A DNA stretch of 58,874 bases from a virus (taxonomy: Duplodnaviria; Caudoviricetes), in IMG/VR virus record IMGVR_UViG_3300034104_003823, positions 1 to 58,874 of that record. One strand, 5' to 3'. Within the stretch, counting starts at the first letter, position 1; every line of letters starts with the position of its first letter. The position numbers were made by a program, and so were the translations under genes. The notes beneath the pieces were generated by a model, which saw only the letters and a list, made by a program, of their open reading frames with translations, was not told the DNA's origin and did not search any database. Shown here in pieces: positions 1 to 8,670 of the stretch.

Positions 1-498
1 TTGATCCAAGTGCTCTGTAATACCATAAATGTTTGTTAAATTAATTAAATCTTCTGTTATTTTTGGATTTAAATATTTATTTCCAATTACCATAACACCG
101 GTATTATATTGGTCAATAAATAATTCTCTAACACAACCAAAAGGTTCTTTAAAATCAATAAGGTAATCAATGTTTCCTAAAATTACTGTATCTGAATCTA
201 AAAATATTATATTATTTTCGGTCTCAATAGAAAAAATTTCATACTTGGTGTAATCACCAAATGCCATTTGTTTTTTCTTTAACTCTTCTATTTGGGAATA
301 TTTTGACTCATCATATCTTTTTAAGAAGATATTTTTATGTATTTTTATACTTGTGTATAAGTCATTTTCTGTTATATCATTTGATATAATACAGAAAGGA
401 ATGTTTTCTTCTGTAATCCTAGGATTGTTGTCAATTAAAGATTTTAACATTACCTCAAATCCTATGAGGTATTCTTTATTACATACTGTTACAAACAT
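1..498 (-). CDS. Glycosyltransferase family 8-like (3'-truncated by window edge; absent from the ORF track)
   Basis: Manual translation from ATG at 498: MFVTVCNKEYLIGFEVMLKSL...IIFLDSDTVILGNIDYL...YNTGVMVI...HLDQ. It has the DxD, N-x-G-V and DQ motifs of GT8 and is open to position 1. Confidence 0.75.
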   Translation of the reverse strand, partial: MFVTVCNKEYLIGFEVMLKSLIDNNPRITEENIPFCIISNDITENDLYTSIKIHKNIFLKRYDESKYSQIEELKKKQMAFGDYTKYEIFSIETENNIIFLDSDTVILGNIDYLIDFKEPFGCVRELFIDQYNTGVMVIGNKYLNPKITEDLINLTNIYGITEHLDQ

Positions 499-533
499 AA
501 TTTAATTATATTATTTGTAACAAAAAAGTGTAT

Positions 534-562
534 AAAAAACCCCACTTTTTAGGGTGGGGTTT
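534..562 (-). terminator. Intrinsic terminator after the fibre operon
   Basis: AAACCCCAC / GTGGGGTTT stem with a U-tract on the minus strand, just after the stop of 569..751. Confidence 0.75.
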
Positions 563-568
563 GATTTA

Positions 569-751
569 TTAACTTAATAATAATGTGTGTAATTCTTCTT
601 CAGTCCAAGTCTCTTTAAATGTAACTTCTTTAAGAATTGGTCCTTCTTCAGTTCTAAATCTAATTCCTCTTGGTACTTGTCTGATTGCAATTACTTTGTG
701 TTCACCAATTTGTTTTGGTTCTTCATACTTAAATAACAATTTAATTTCCAT
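569..751 (-). CDS. Small hypothetical protein (possible fibre-associated chaperone)
   Basis: 60 aa with ATG start and A-rich leader, co-oriented directly after the fibre gene. Confidence 0.55.
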   Translation of the reverse strand: MEIKLLFKYEEPKQIGEHKVIAIRQVPRGIRFRTEEGPILKEVTFKETWTEEELHTLLLS

Positions 752-776
752 TTTTGTTTTATTTTTGATTTATTGT

Positions 777-3700
777 TTATACTATTTTTAATGTTCCAGA
801 ATCATTCCAAACTGTTCCTGGTGCAAGACCTGCGGCTGATGTTGGCAAACAGCTTAAATGTAAACAGTTCATATGTGTTGTATTTGCTGCTGTTGATGTA
901 ATACCATTACCAACAATAAAAGAACAATCGTGTTGTGCTGTATTACATTGACCTCCAAGTATTGCTGAACAACCATTTATTGATGTGTTTTCACGACCAC
1001 CACTTATTGTTGAGTAACTACCACTTGATGTATTGCAAAAACCACCACCAATAAATGAACCACAACTAATTGCTGTGTTACAACGACCACCACTTACGAT
1101 TGAATCTTGACCACTTGATGTGTTTAAATACCCACCACTCACGGTTGAAGAATTTCCGTTTGATTTGTTTAAACGACCACCACCTACGGTTGAATAAGAA
1201 CCACTTACTGTGTTAAGTTTACCACCACTTATTGTTGAATAAGAACCAATTGTTGTGTTATAATACCCACCACTTATTGTTGAATAACCACCATTTGATG
1301 TGTTTTGAAAACCGCCACCAATTGTACCATAAAAACAAGAATTTGTATTTAATCTACCACCACTAATAACACTACCACAGGCAGTTTCAGTATTTAAGTT
1401 ACAAGCACCACCACCAATTGTACTATTCCATTTTAATGATATATTACGATAACCACCACTAACTGTTGTTGAAACTCCCATAGATGAATTAAGACCACCA
1501 CCACCTACTGAACCAAAAAATTCATTTGTTGTATTTCTATATCCACCACTGATTGTTGTTCTATCACCAGTATTTGTTGTATTTATTATTGCTATAACAT
1601 CATCTACTCCAGATGTACCACCAGAAAAACTACTACCGTCAAAAAATATTGTATCACCATTTACATAACCAAGACCTTTATTAGGAATATTAATTGGAGT
1701 AAAAAGTGTTTTTATTCTAAATGTAACATCATCTATACCACTAACACCAAAAGGGAAGTTTCCACCATCAATAAATACTGTATCACCAGAAAGATATAAA
1801 CTACCTGCGTTTGAATTAATATAATTTATACCAGTTGAATTAAATTGAATAAAGAAATTACCACCAGTTCCTTGACCAGAAAGTGTTGATGTTTGAGGGA
1901 TATTACTATAAAAATTATTTAAAAGTGTTGTTCCAGAATATGTAAAGTTGTCAGTTTCACCAACTCTATTAAAACTTAAAAAATTAAATTGAGCTCCACT
2001 ACCAGAACCAGATGAGGTTGATGTGGGTGAAATACTAAAATAAGAACCATTTAAAGTATTTCCAGTATATATAAGATTATTAAGACCATTAATGACATTT
2101 GATAAACCAGCACGATTAGATATACCACCACCTACAGTTGCTAAACTTCCGGCAAAATTAGAATAACCACCACTTATTGTTGAAGTCTCAAGTGAATAAT
2201 TACATCTACCACCAGAAATTGTGGAATAATCGCCACAAATTGTATTACAATAACCACCACTTACGGTTGAACAATTACCACTTGATGTGTTAAAATACCC
2301 TCCACTTACGGCTGAATGATTACAACTTGATGTATTATTACGGCCACCACTTACGGTTGACCCATATCCACTTGATGTATTACAAAAACCACCACCTACA
2401 GTTGCTAAACTTCCGGCAAAATTAGAATAACCACCACTTATTGTTGAATAATCACCACTTGATGTGTTTTGGTCACCACCACTTACGGTTGACCCATATC
2501 CACTTGAATATGTTGATATTTGAAAACTTAAATCATCATCTGGTATAATACCACCAAACTTTGTACCTTCAAAATATATTGTATCTCCAGGAACATAATT
2601 TGCACCTTGAGTCCAGTTATTTACAACATTTTGTGCTCCTATGGTAACATAAACATCATCAATCCCAGATGTTCCACTAAATAAAGCACCATCAAAAAAT
2701 AATACATCCCCAGTTTTATAAAATTGTCCAACATTTTGAATCCATATACCATCTAAAACACCAGAATTAAATTGAAAATCAAGAACAGCACCAGTACCAC
2801 TAAGTGAAGAGGATGAGGTTTGTAGTATATCATTAAAAAATCCATTTAAAGTACCACCCGTATATGTGTAAGAACTAATTGAATTAATCTTACCCCAAGG
2901 AAAGTTAAAATCAAACTTGGCTCCACTTCCTTGTCCAGAACCTATTGATGTTGGTTCTATATTAGTAAAGTACCCACTTAATGTTGTACTACTAAATTGT
3001 ATGTTATATGGATTTCCATTTATACCTAAACTTCCGTTTTTATTATTATATCCCCCAGAAATTGTTGAGTTACTTTGTACATTAAAATTATTACATCCAC
3101 CAACAATAACTGAATTACAACTTAAAGATGTGTTGTTAATACCTGTACCAATTATTGAGTTATTACCATAAACTTTATTTAAGCAACCACCACCAATAAA
3201 AGATTGTTTACCTAATGGTTCTGTTTGTATTTGAAAAGAAATTGAATCATTTATTGTTCCTCCAGGAAAAATTGTTCCGTTAAAAAACAAGGTATCTCCA
3301 TTTTCATAACCGTTACCAACAGTTTGTATATTAACAACTTCTGTTTTTATTTTAACTCTTACATCGTCAACACCTGTAATGCCACTTGGTGTAAATAAAC
3401 TACCATCAAATAATAAAGTATCACCATTTACATAACCAAGACCTTTATTTGAGGTAACGCTAACATAAACTTTACCTTCGTAAAACTCAACATTAAAGGT
3501 TGCACCACCACCAAGACCGGACAGTGAAGATGTCGGCACTATAGAATTAAAATACGTATTACTATTTGTAAAAGTTGAGCCGGTATATATTTTATCATAT
3601 GTAGAATGAACAGCAGTTTGTGGAAAATTAAAATAAAACTGTGCTCCAGAACCATTTATTGACGTTGACGAAGTCGGTGAATAAGTACCATTAATATATG

Positions 3701-4838
3701 AACTAAAAGTTGTTCCAGTATATGTAAAATTATAATAACCACTTACAGTACCTTGATTTCCAATTAAATTACTTACACCACCAACAATTGATGAATTTTC
3801 TGTGAGTACCGTATTTGCACAACCGCCACCAATAAATGAATAAGAATTACTTGATGTGTTTTCACGACCACCACTTACGACTGACGCTATTGCTATTGAT
3901 GTGTTTCCGGTTCCACCACCAACAAGAGAATAATCACCACTTGCATCACCACTAACACCAATTCTTTGTGTTGAGTCTGTACCAGAACCAACTTCATATA
4001 AAGAACCACCACCAAACAAACTTCCCAAATCATCAACTGTTATTTTTAATAACTCTGTTGTTTTTGTAATTAAAAGTTGATTAAAAAATAAATTTCTTTG
4101 TCCCAAACCATCACCTTGAGCACCACAATAAAAATTAATTTCATTGACAACCAATGTTGAGTTTATTGGTGCGGAATAAGTTGGTCCGCCACTTCTAGAT
4201 GTTATTGTAATGTTATAAAGAATATCACTTGTTCTAGTTAGAGTAACTAACATTGGTGTTGTACCATAACCACTATCAATAATGTTATTAGGTGAAGATA
4301 AGTTTGATGTTATTGTTGATGTATTATTGTTGTTAGCATTAAAAATTGTTGTACCACCAGCTTTTAAATCAAAACCTTTATTACCACCATTTGCGTCAAA
4401 ATTTATTGCCCAATAAAAACTAAATACATCACCAACATTCATTCCAGATGTAAATGTTCTTGATGTTGATACATAATTTGATCCGTCAGTTGCAAAAAGA
4501 GCAAATGCGTTTGTTCCAATACCGGCGGTTCCCATACCGTCTGACGCTGGATTACCTAAAAACACACCAGTATTTGGTTGTGTAGTTATGGTCCAAGGAT
4601 TAAATCCTGTCCCATTATTTGACCCATTTGTCCAAGAAATATAGTTACTTGCTTCATCTTGATATTGGTCATTACCAGTAATTGGTAAATAATCATTACT
4701 TGTGTTAACATTAAGTGGATTCTGTGTTGGTGAATTTATAATTTCGGTAATTGTGTTATCAACTAATCCTGACCCATCACCATAAAATGTTCCGCCACTT
4801 ATTGTTGTTGCACTTAATATGTCTGTATTAAATCCCAT
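777..4838 (-). CDS. Tail fibre/spike-like protein with GG-N (STxSGGxxN) repeats and inserted beta-modules
   Basis: 1353 aa, Gly/Ser/Thr/Asn rich, with many ~14-aa STI/VSGGxxNT repeats. C-terminus LPTSAAGLAPGTVWNDSGTLKIV is typical of phage fibre ends. Confidence 0.7.
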   Translation of the reverse strand: MGFNTDILSATTISGGTFYGDGSGLVDNTITEIINSPTQNPLNVNTSNDYLPITGNDQYQDEASNYISWTNGSNNGTGFNPWTITTQPNTGVFLGNPASDGMGTAGIGTNAFALFATDGSNYVSTSRTFTSGMNVGDVFSFYWAINFDANGGNKGFDLKAGGTTIFNANNNNTSTITSNLSSPNNIIDSGYGTTPMLVTLTRTSDILYNITITSRSGGPTYSAPINSTLVVNEINFYCGAQGDGLGQRNLFFNQLLITKTTELLKITVDDLGSLFGGGSLYEVGSGTDSTQRIGVSGDASGDYSLVGGGTGNTSIAIASVVSGGRENTSSNSYSFIGGGCANTVLTENSSIVGGVSNLIGNQGTVSGYYNFTYTGTTFSSYINGTYSPTSSTSINGSGAQFYFNFPQTAVHSTYDKIYTGSTFTNSNTYFNSIVPTSSLSGLGGGATFNVEFYEGKVYVSVTSNKGLGYVNGDTLLFDGSLFTPSGITGVDDVRVKIKTEVVNIQTVGNGYENGDTLFFNGTIFPGGTINDSISFQIQTEPLGKQSFIGGGCLNKVYGNNSIIGTGINNTSLSCNSVIVGGCNNFNVQSNSTISGGYNNKNGSLGINGNPYNIQFSSTTLSGYFTNIEPTSIGSGQGSGAKFDFNFPWGKINSISSYTYTGGTLNGFFNDILQTSSSSLSGTGAVLDFQFNSGVLDGIWIQNVGQFYKTGDVLFFDGALFSGTSGIDDVYVTIGAQNVVNNWTQGANYVPGDTIYFEGTKFGGIIPDDDLSFQISTYSSGYGSTVSGGDQNTSSGDYSTISGGYSNFAGSLATVGGGFCNTSSGYGSTVSGGRNNTSSCNHSAVSGGYFNTSSGNCSTVSGGYCNTICGDYSTISGGRCNYSLETSTISGGYSNFAGSLATVGGGISNRAGLSNVINGLNNLIYTGNTLNGSYFSISPTSTSSGSGSGAQFNFLSFNRVGETDNFTYSGTTLLNNFYSNIPQTSTLSGQGTGGNFFIQFNSTGINYINSNAGSLYLSGDTVFIDGGNFPFGVSGIDDVTFRIKTLFTPINIPNKGLGYVNGDTIFFDGSSFSGGTSGVDDVIAIINTTNTGDRTTISGGYRNTTNEFFGSVGGGGLNSSMGVSTTVSGGYRNISLKWNSTIGGGACNLNTETACGSVISGGRLNTNSCFYGTIGGGFQNTSNGGYSTISGGYYNTTIGSYSTISGGKLNTVSGSYSTVGGGRLNKSNGNSSTVSGGYLNTSSGQDSIVSGGRCNTAISCGSFIGGGFCNTSSGSYSTISGGRENTSINGCSAILGGQCNTAQHDCSFIVGNGITSTAANTTHMNCLHLSCLPTSAAGLAPGTVWNDSGTLKIV
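2124..2448. repeat. Exact 61-bp direct repeat (2124-2184 and 2388-2448) within fibre gene
   Basis: accaccacctacagttgctaaacttccggcaaaattagaataaccaccacttattgttgaa occurs twice and encodes STISGGYSNFAGSLATVGGG. Confidence 0.9.
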
Positions 4839-4863
4839 TTCTTATTTTTTTATTTTATTTTAT

Positions 4864-7800
4864 TTATACAAATGTTCCAGATACAATCCAAGAACCTAAA
4901 ACCTTTTTCTCTATTATAAATGTTGCTCCAGATATACTCATTCTCCAAGAACCATCAACATCATCACCAAAGTATAAATATCCGGTTGACCGTATGTTCG
5001 CGTTTGGCATATATGTCATATCATTTTCTGTTGCAATAATACTTTGTCCACCCACAACAGCACTTCTTGTACCAATTGTTGTATTACAAAAACCTCCACC
5101 AATAAATGATTGATAGCCGAACGCAGTATTTCCTTGTCCACCACCTATTGTTGCGTTATATGCTGAAATTGTATTGTTAACTCCACCACCAATAGAAGAA
5201 TAATTACCTAATAGTGTATTACAAAATCCACCAGAAATTGTTGAGCAATTTCCTATCGCACTATCAATTGAGTCAATATTAAATGTTATGTCATTTACAC
5301 CAGAAGTTCCTCCGCTAAATAACCCACCATCAAATGTTATTGTATCATTAACTTGATAGTTAACACCACCAAAATTTACAAAAGTTCCAGAAACATAATA
5401 ACCACTAAATGAAATGTTTAATTGACCACCACTTCCAGAACCTGATGTTGAGGTTGGTGTTACTAAATAGAAACCATCTTGAATTGGATTTCCGTTGTAA
5501 GAACCATAAACACTAACTGTAGATATTGTGTTTGTTCCACCCAATGTATTACATCTACCACCGTTAATATTTGATACTTCAGATTGTATTGTGTTTTGAA
5601 ACCCACCACCTATATTTGATCTACCACCAGTTTGGGTTATATCATTGTTTGAACCACCAACAATTACCCCATAAATGGATGAAACTGTATTACACCTTCC
5701 AGCACCAATAATTGATAATGCAGATGTTGAGTTTATTTTGTTTTCAGTACCACCACCAATAAATGAACCATCAGCACTAGTTGTGTTATTAAAACCACCA
5801 TTTATTGTTGAAAAATTTTCATTTACAGTGTTTTGAACACCACCACCTATAGATGAAGTATTTGCAATTACGGTATTAAGAATTCCACCAACAACAACAG
5901 AATTTTGTCCTACTAATGTATTAGATTGTCCACCACCAATAAAAGAAAATTCTGAAGTTACAACATTATCTAAATCAAAGGTTAAATCATTTGCTGGTGA
6001 TGAACCACCAATAGTATCACCAGAAACTAAAACTTGTTCTCCTTGTTCATATCTTATACCAGGATTTACAACATTAACATTACTTACACTTCCACCACTC
6101 ACATCAAAAGAAATTTGTAGTCCAGACCCATAACCAAGAATAGTTGTTGGGTAAATTGAATATGTATTATCTGGTATTGCAGAGGCATTACCAGAATTAA
6201 AAGAAACTTGTTGTACTAAACCTGAAATGTTTTGGTTGTTTTGACCACCTCCTATTGTTGAAAATTCACCTAGTGTAACGTTTCTACAACCACCACCATT
6301 AAATGTGTAGTAATTTCCTGATGTGTTGCACTCACCACCGCTTATTGTTGCTCCGCCCGTTGCGCCACCACTTAATATTGTTGTATTAGAAAGCCCACCA
6401 CCAATTGTATCATATTGGTTTTCGGAAAGATTATTACGACCTCCACCTACGGTTGAATAAGAATTACTTGATGTGTTAAGATAACCACCACTTACGGTTG
6501 AATGATAACCACTTGATGTATTTCTACGACCTCCACTTACGGTTGAGTAATCCCCACTTGATGTATTTTCAAGACCACCTCCTACGGTTGAAGAATTACC
6601 ACTTGATTTGTTATTAATACCTCCACTTACTGTTGAACTATAACAACTTGATGTGTTTCTATATCCACCACTCACGGTTGAGTAATCCCCACTTGATGTG
6701 TTACAATAGCCGCCACTTACGGTTGTATGTGTACTATTGTTTGTTTGGATGTTTAACCAAACATCATCTAAAGGAGATGAACCACCACCAAATAATCCAC
6801 CGTTAAAATATAGTGTTTCACCATTAGAATAACCAGAACCTCCGTTTTGTATTTGGGTACCTTGTAATACACCAAGGACAAAATCAAAACTAAATAATGC
6901 TCCAGACCCAGTACCACTTGATGTTGATGTTGGCGAAATACCACCGTAAGTATTATTTAAAGTACCACCAGTATACACAGAACTATTTATTCCGTCAACA
7001 AAATTATTTCGCCCAGAAACGTTATTTTCTCCACCACCAATAAATGAATTGTAACCACTAGCGGTATTGTTAAATCCACCACTAATTGTAGCACAAGAAT
7101 TTGTTATTCTATTGAAATAACCACCACCAATAAATGAATAAGCACCACTTATCGTATTATTTTCACCACCACTGATTGTTGCAACATCACCTTGAAGGAT
7201 AGTATTATCACCACCACCACCGATTGTTGAATAGTCCGAATTAGTATTAATTGTATTATTTGCACCACCACCAATAGTAGAATAGTCACCAGATACTGTA
7301 TTTTCATACCCACCACTAATTGTTGCGTATTCACCAGATGCTGTATTACAACGCCCACCACCAACTGTTGCGTAGTTATTTATTGATGTAAAAACTTGGA
7401 ATGTAACATCATCAACACCGGTTGTTCCACCAGGAAATATATTACCATTAAAAAATAAAGTATCATTTCCAATATATCGATTACCACCACCAAGAATATT
7501 AACACTAGATAAAGTACCAAAATTAAAAACAAAACCAAATAAGGCATCAAAACCATAACCAGATGTCGTTGATGTTGGACTATACCCACCAGAAAAAGTT
7601 CCGTTTAAGGTACCACCGGTGTACACTCGGTTGTATGTACCATTTATTGTGCCATAGGCACCAGCTTCGTTACAACGACCACCACCAACAACTCCATAAC
7701 AACCATATCCAGTATTTCTTCTACCACCGCTAATTGTTGAGTAACATGAGTCTTTTGTGATAATATTACAACAACCGCCACCGATTGTTGAGCAGTTTGC

Positions 7801-8637
7801 GTTACTTTTATTTAAAATCCCACCACTGATTGTTGATGAGTTTCTATTTGCTGTATTTCTACAACCACCACCAATTGCAATATTATTACCACTATTAATA
7901 GTATTAATTTGTAATGTAACATTATCTTGTGGTATAGCACCACCAAATATTGTTCCGTTAAATGTTAAAGTGTCACCACTAACATATCCACTACCTTGAT
8001 TATCAACATAAACATTACTTAATGTGTTTGTTGATGAAAAATAAAAAGAAAATGTAGATCCAGAACCAAGACCAGAAAGTGTTGATGATGGTGAATCTGA
8101 ACCATAAAAACCACTAGATGGAATATTACCGGTAAAAGTTTGGTTATATATCGAATCAACAGCACCATTAATTCCGGATGTATTACAAGAACCACCACCA
8201 ATAACAGAACTATTACCTAACGACGTGTTAAGTATACCACCACTAATAACTGAAACATAACCACTTGCGGTATTTCCAGAACCTCCAGCAATAATTGAAA
8301 TATTACCTAATGCTGCCGAGTTAACACCAACCCTTTGTGTTGAGTCAGTTCCAGAACCAACTTCATATAAAGAAGTCCCAGTACCACCAGTTGTAAATCC
8401 AGTTACTGAAAATGTTCCACCAGTATTATTTGTAAATGTTGCAACTCCGGAAATATTATTATAGGTACCACCAGTTACAAATACATCTACTAGTCCTAAA
8501 TTTATATACGTTTTTAACTGGTCAACAGTTATTTTATTCGTAATATCTAATTCAACATCTACTATTGGTAAAACATCATTTGTTGAGATATCAATAGCCG
8601 ATATTAGAGGTAATTCGGTTATTTTTTTATTTGCCAT
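4864..8637 (-). CDS. Tail fibre/spike-like protein with GG-N repeats (paralog of 777..4838)
   Basis: 1257 aa. N-terminal MANKKITELP...DVLPIVD...KITVDQL anchor motif; shares SLYEVGSGTDSTQR(I/V)GV with the neighbour; five GY-x-x-GDT..DDV modules. Confidence 0.7.
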   Translation of the reverse strand: MANKKITELPLISAIDISTNDVLPIVDVELDITNKITVDQLKTYINLGLVDVFVTGGTYNNISGVATFTNNTGGTFSVTGFTTGGTGTSLYEVGSGTDSTQRVGVNSAALGNISIIAGGSGNTASGYVSVISGGILNTSLGNSSVIGGGSCNTSGINGAVDSIYNQTFTGNIPSSGFYGSDSPSSTLSGLGSGSTFSFYFSSTNTLSNVYVDNQGSGYVSGDTLTFNGTIFGGAIPQDNVTLQINTINSGNNIAIGGGCRNTANRNSSTISGGILNKSNANCSTIGGGCCNIITKDSCYSTISGGRRNTGYGCYGVVGGGRCNEAGAYGTINGTYNRVYTGGTLNGTFSGGYSPTSTTSGYGFDALFGFVFNFGTLSSVNILGGGNRYIGNDTLFFNGNIFPGGTTGVDDVTFQVFTSINNYATVGGGRCNTASGEYATISGGYENTVSGDYSTIGGGANNTINTNSDYSTIGGGGDNTILQGDVATISGGENNTISGAYSFIGGGYFNRITNSCATISGGFNNTASGYNSFIGGGENNVSGRNNFVDGINSSVYTGGTLNNTYGGISPTSTSSGTGSGALFSFDFVLGVLQGTQIQNGGSGYSNGETLYFNGGLFGGGSSPLDDVWLNIQTNNSTHTTVSGGYCNTSSGDYSTVSGGYRNTSSCYSSTVSGGINNKSSGNSSTVGGGLENTSSGDYSTVSGGRRNTSSGYHSTVSGGYLNTSSNSYSTVGGGRNNLSENQYDTIGGGLSNTTILSGGATGGATISGGECNTSGNYYTFNGGGCRNVTLGEFSTIGGGQNNQNISGLVQQVSFNSGNASAIPDNTYSIYPTTILGYGSGLQISFDVSGGSVSNVNVVNPGIRYEQGEQVLVSGDTIGGSSPANDLTFDLDNVVTSEFSFIGGGQSNTLVGQNSVVVGGILNTVIANTSSIGGGVQNTVNENFSTINGGFNNTTSADGSFIGGGTENKINSTSALSIIGAGRCNTVSSIYGVIVGGSNNDITQTGGRSNIGGGFQNTIQSEVSNINGGRCNTLGGTNTISTVSVYGSYNGNPIQDGFYLVTPTSTSGSGSGGQLNISFSGYYVSGTFVNFGGVNYQVNDTITFDGGLFSGGTSGVNDITFNIDSIDSAIGNCSTISGGFCNTLLGNYSSIGGGVNNTISAYNATIGGGQGNTAFGYQSFIGGGFCNTTIGTRSAVVGGQSIIATENDMTYMPNANIRSTGYLYFGDDVDGSWRMSISGATFIIEKKVLGSWIVSGTFV

Positions 8638-8651
8638 AGTTTTTTTATTTA

Positions 8652-8658
8652 ATAAATA
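8652..8658 (-). promoter_or_regulatory. Putative late promoter motif TATTTAT
   Basis: 14 nt upstream of the fibre ATG (8637); motif recurs before at least 17 genes. Confidence 0.55.
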
Positions 8659-8670
8659 TTACAAACTTTG

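Noticed and set aside
6430-6730. Regularly spaced (42-bp) repeats resembling CRISPR or a DGR template
   Set aside because: They encode the 14-aa STVSGGxxNTSS protein repeat. No reverse transcriptase, cas gene or adenine-specific mismatch pattern was seen.
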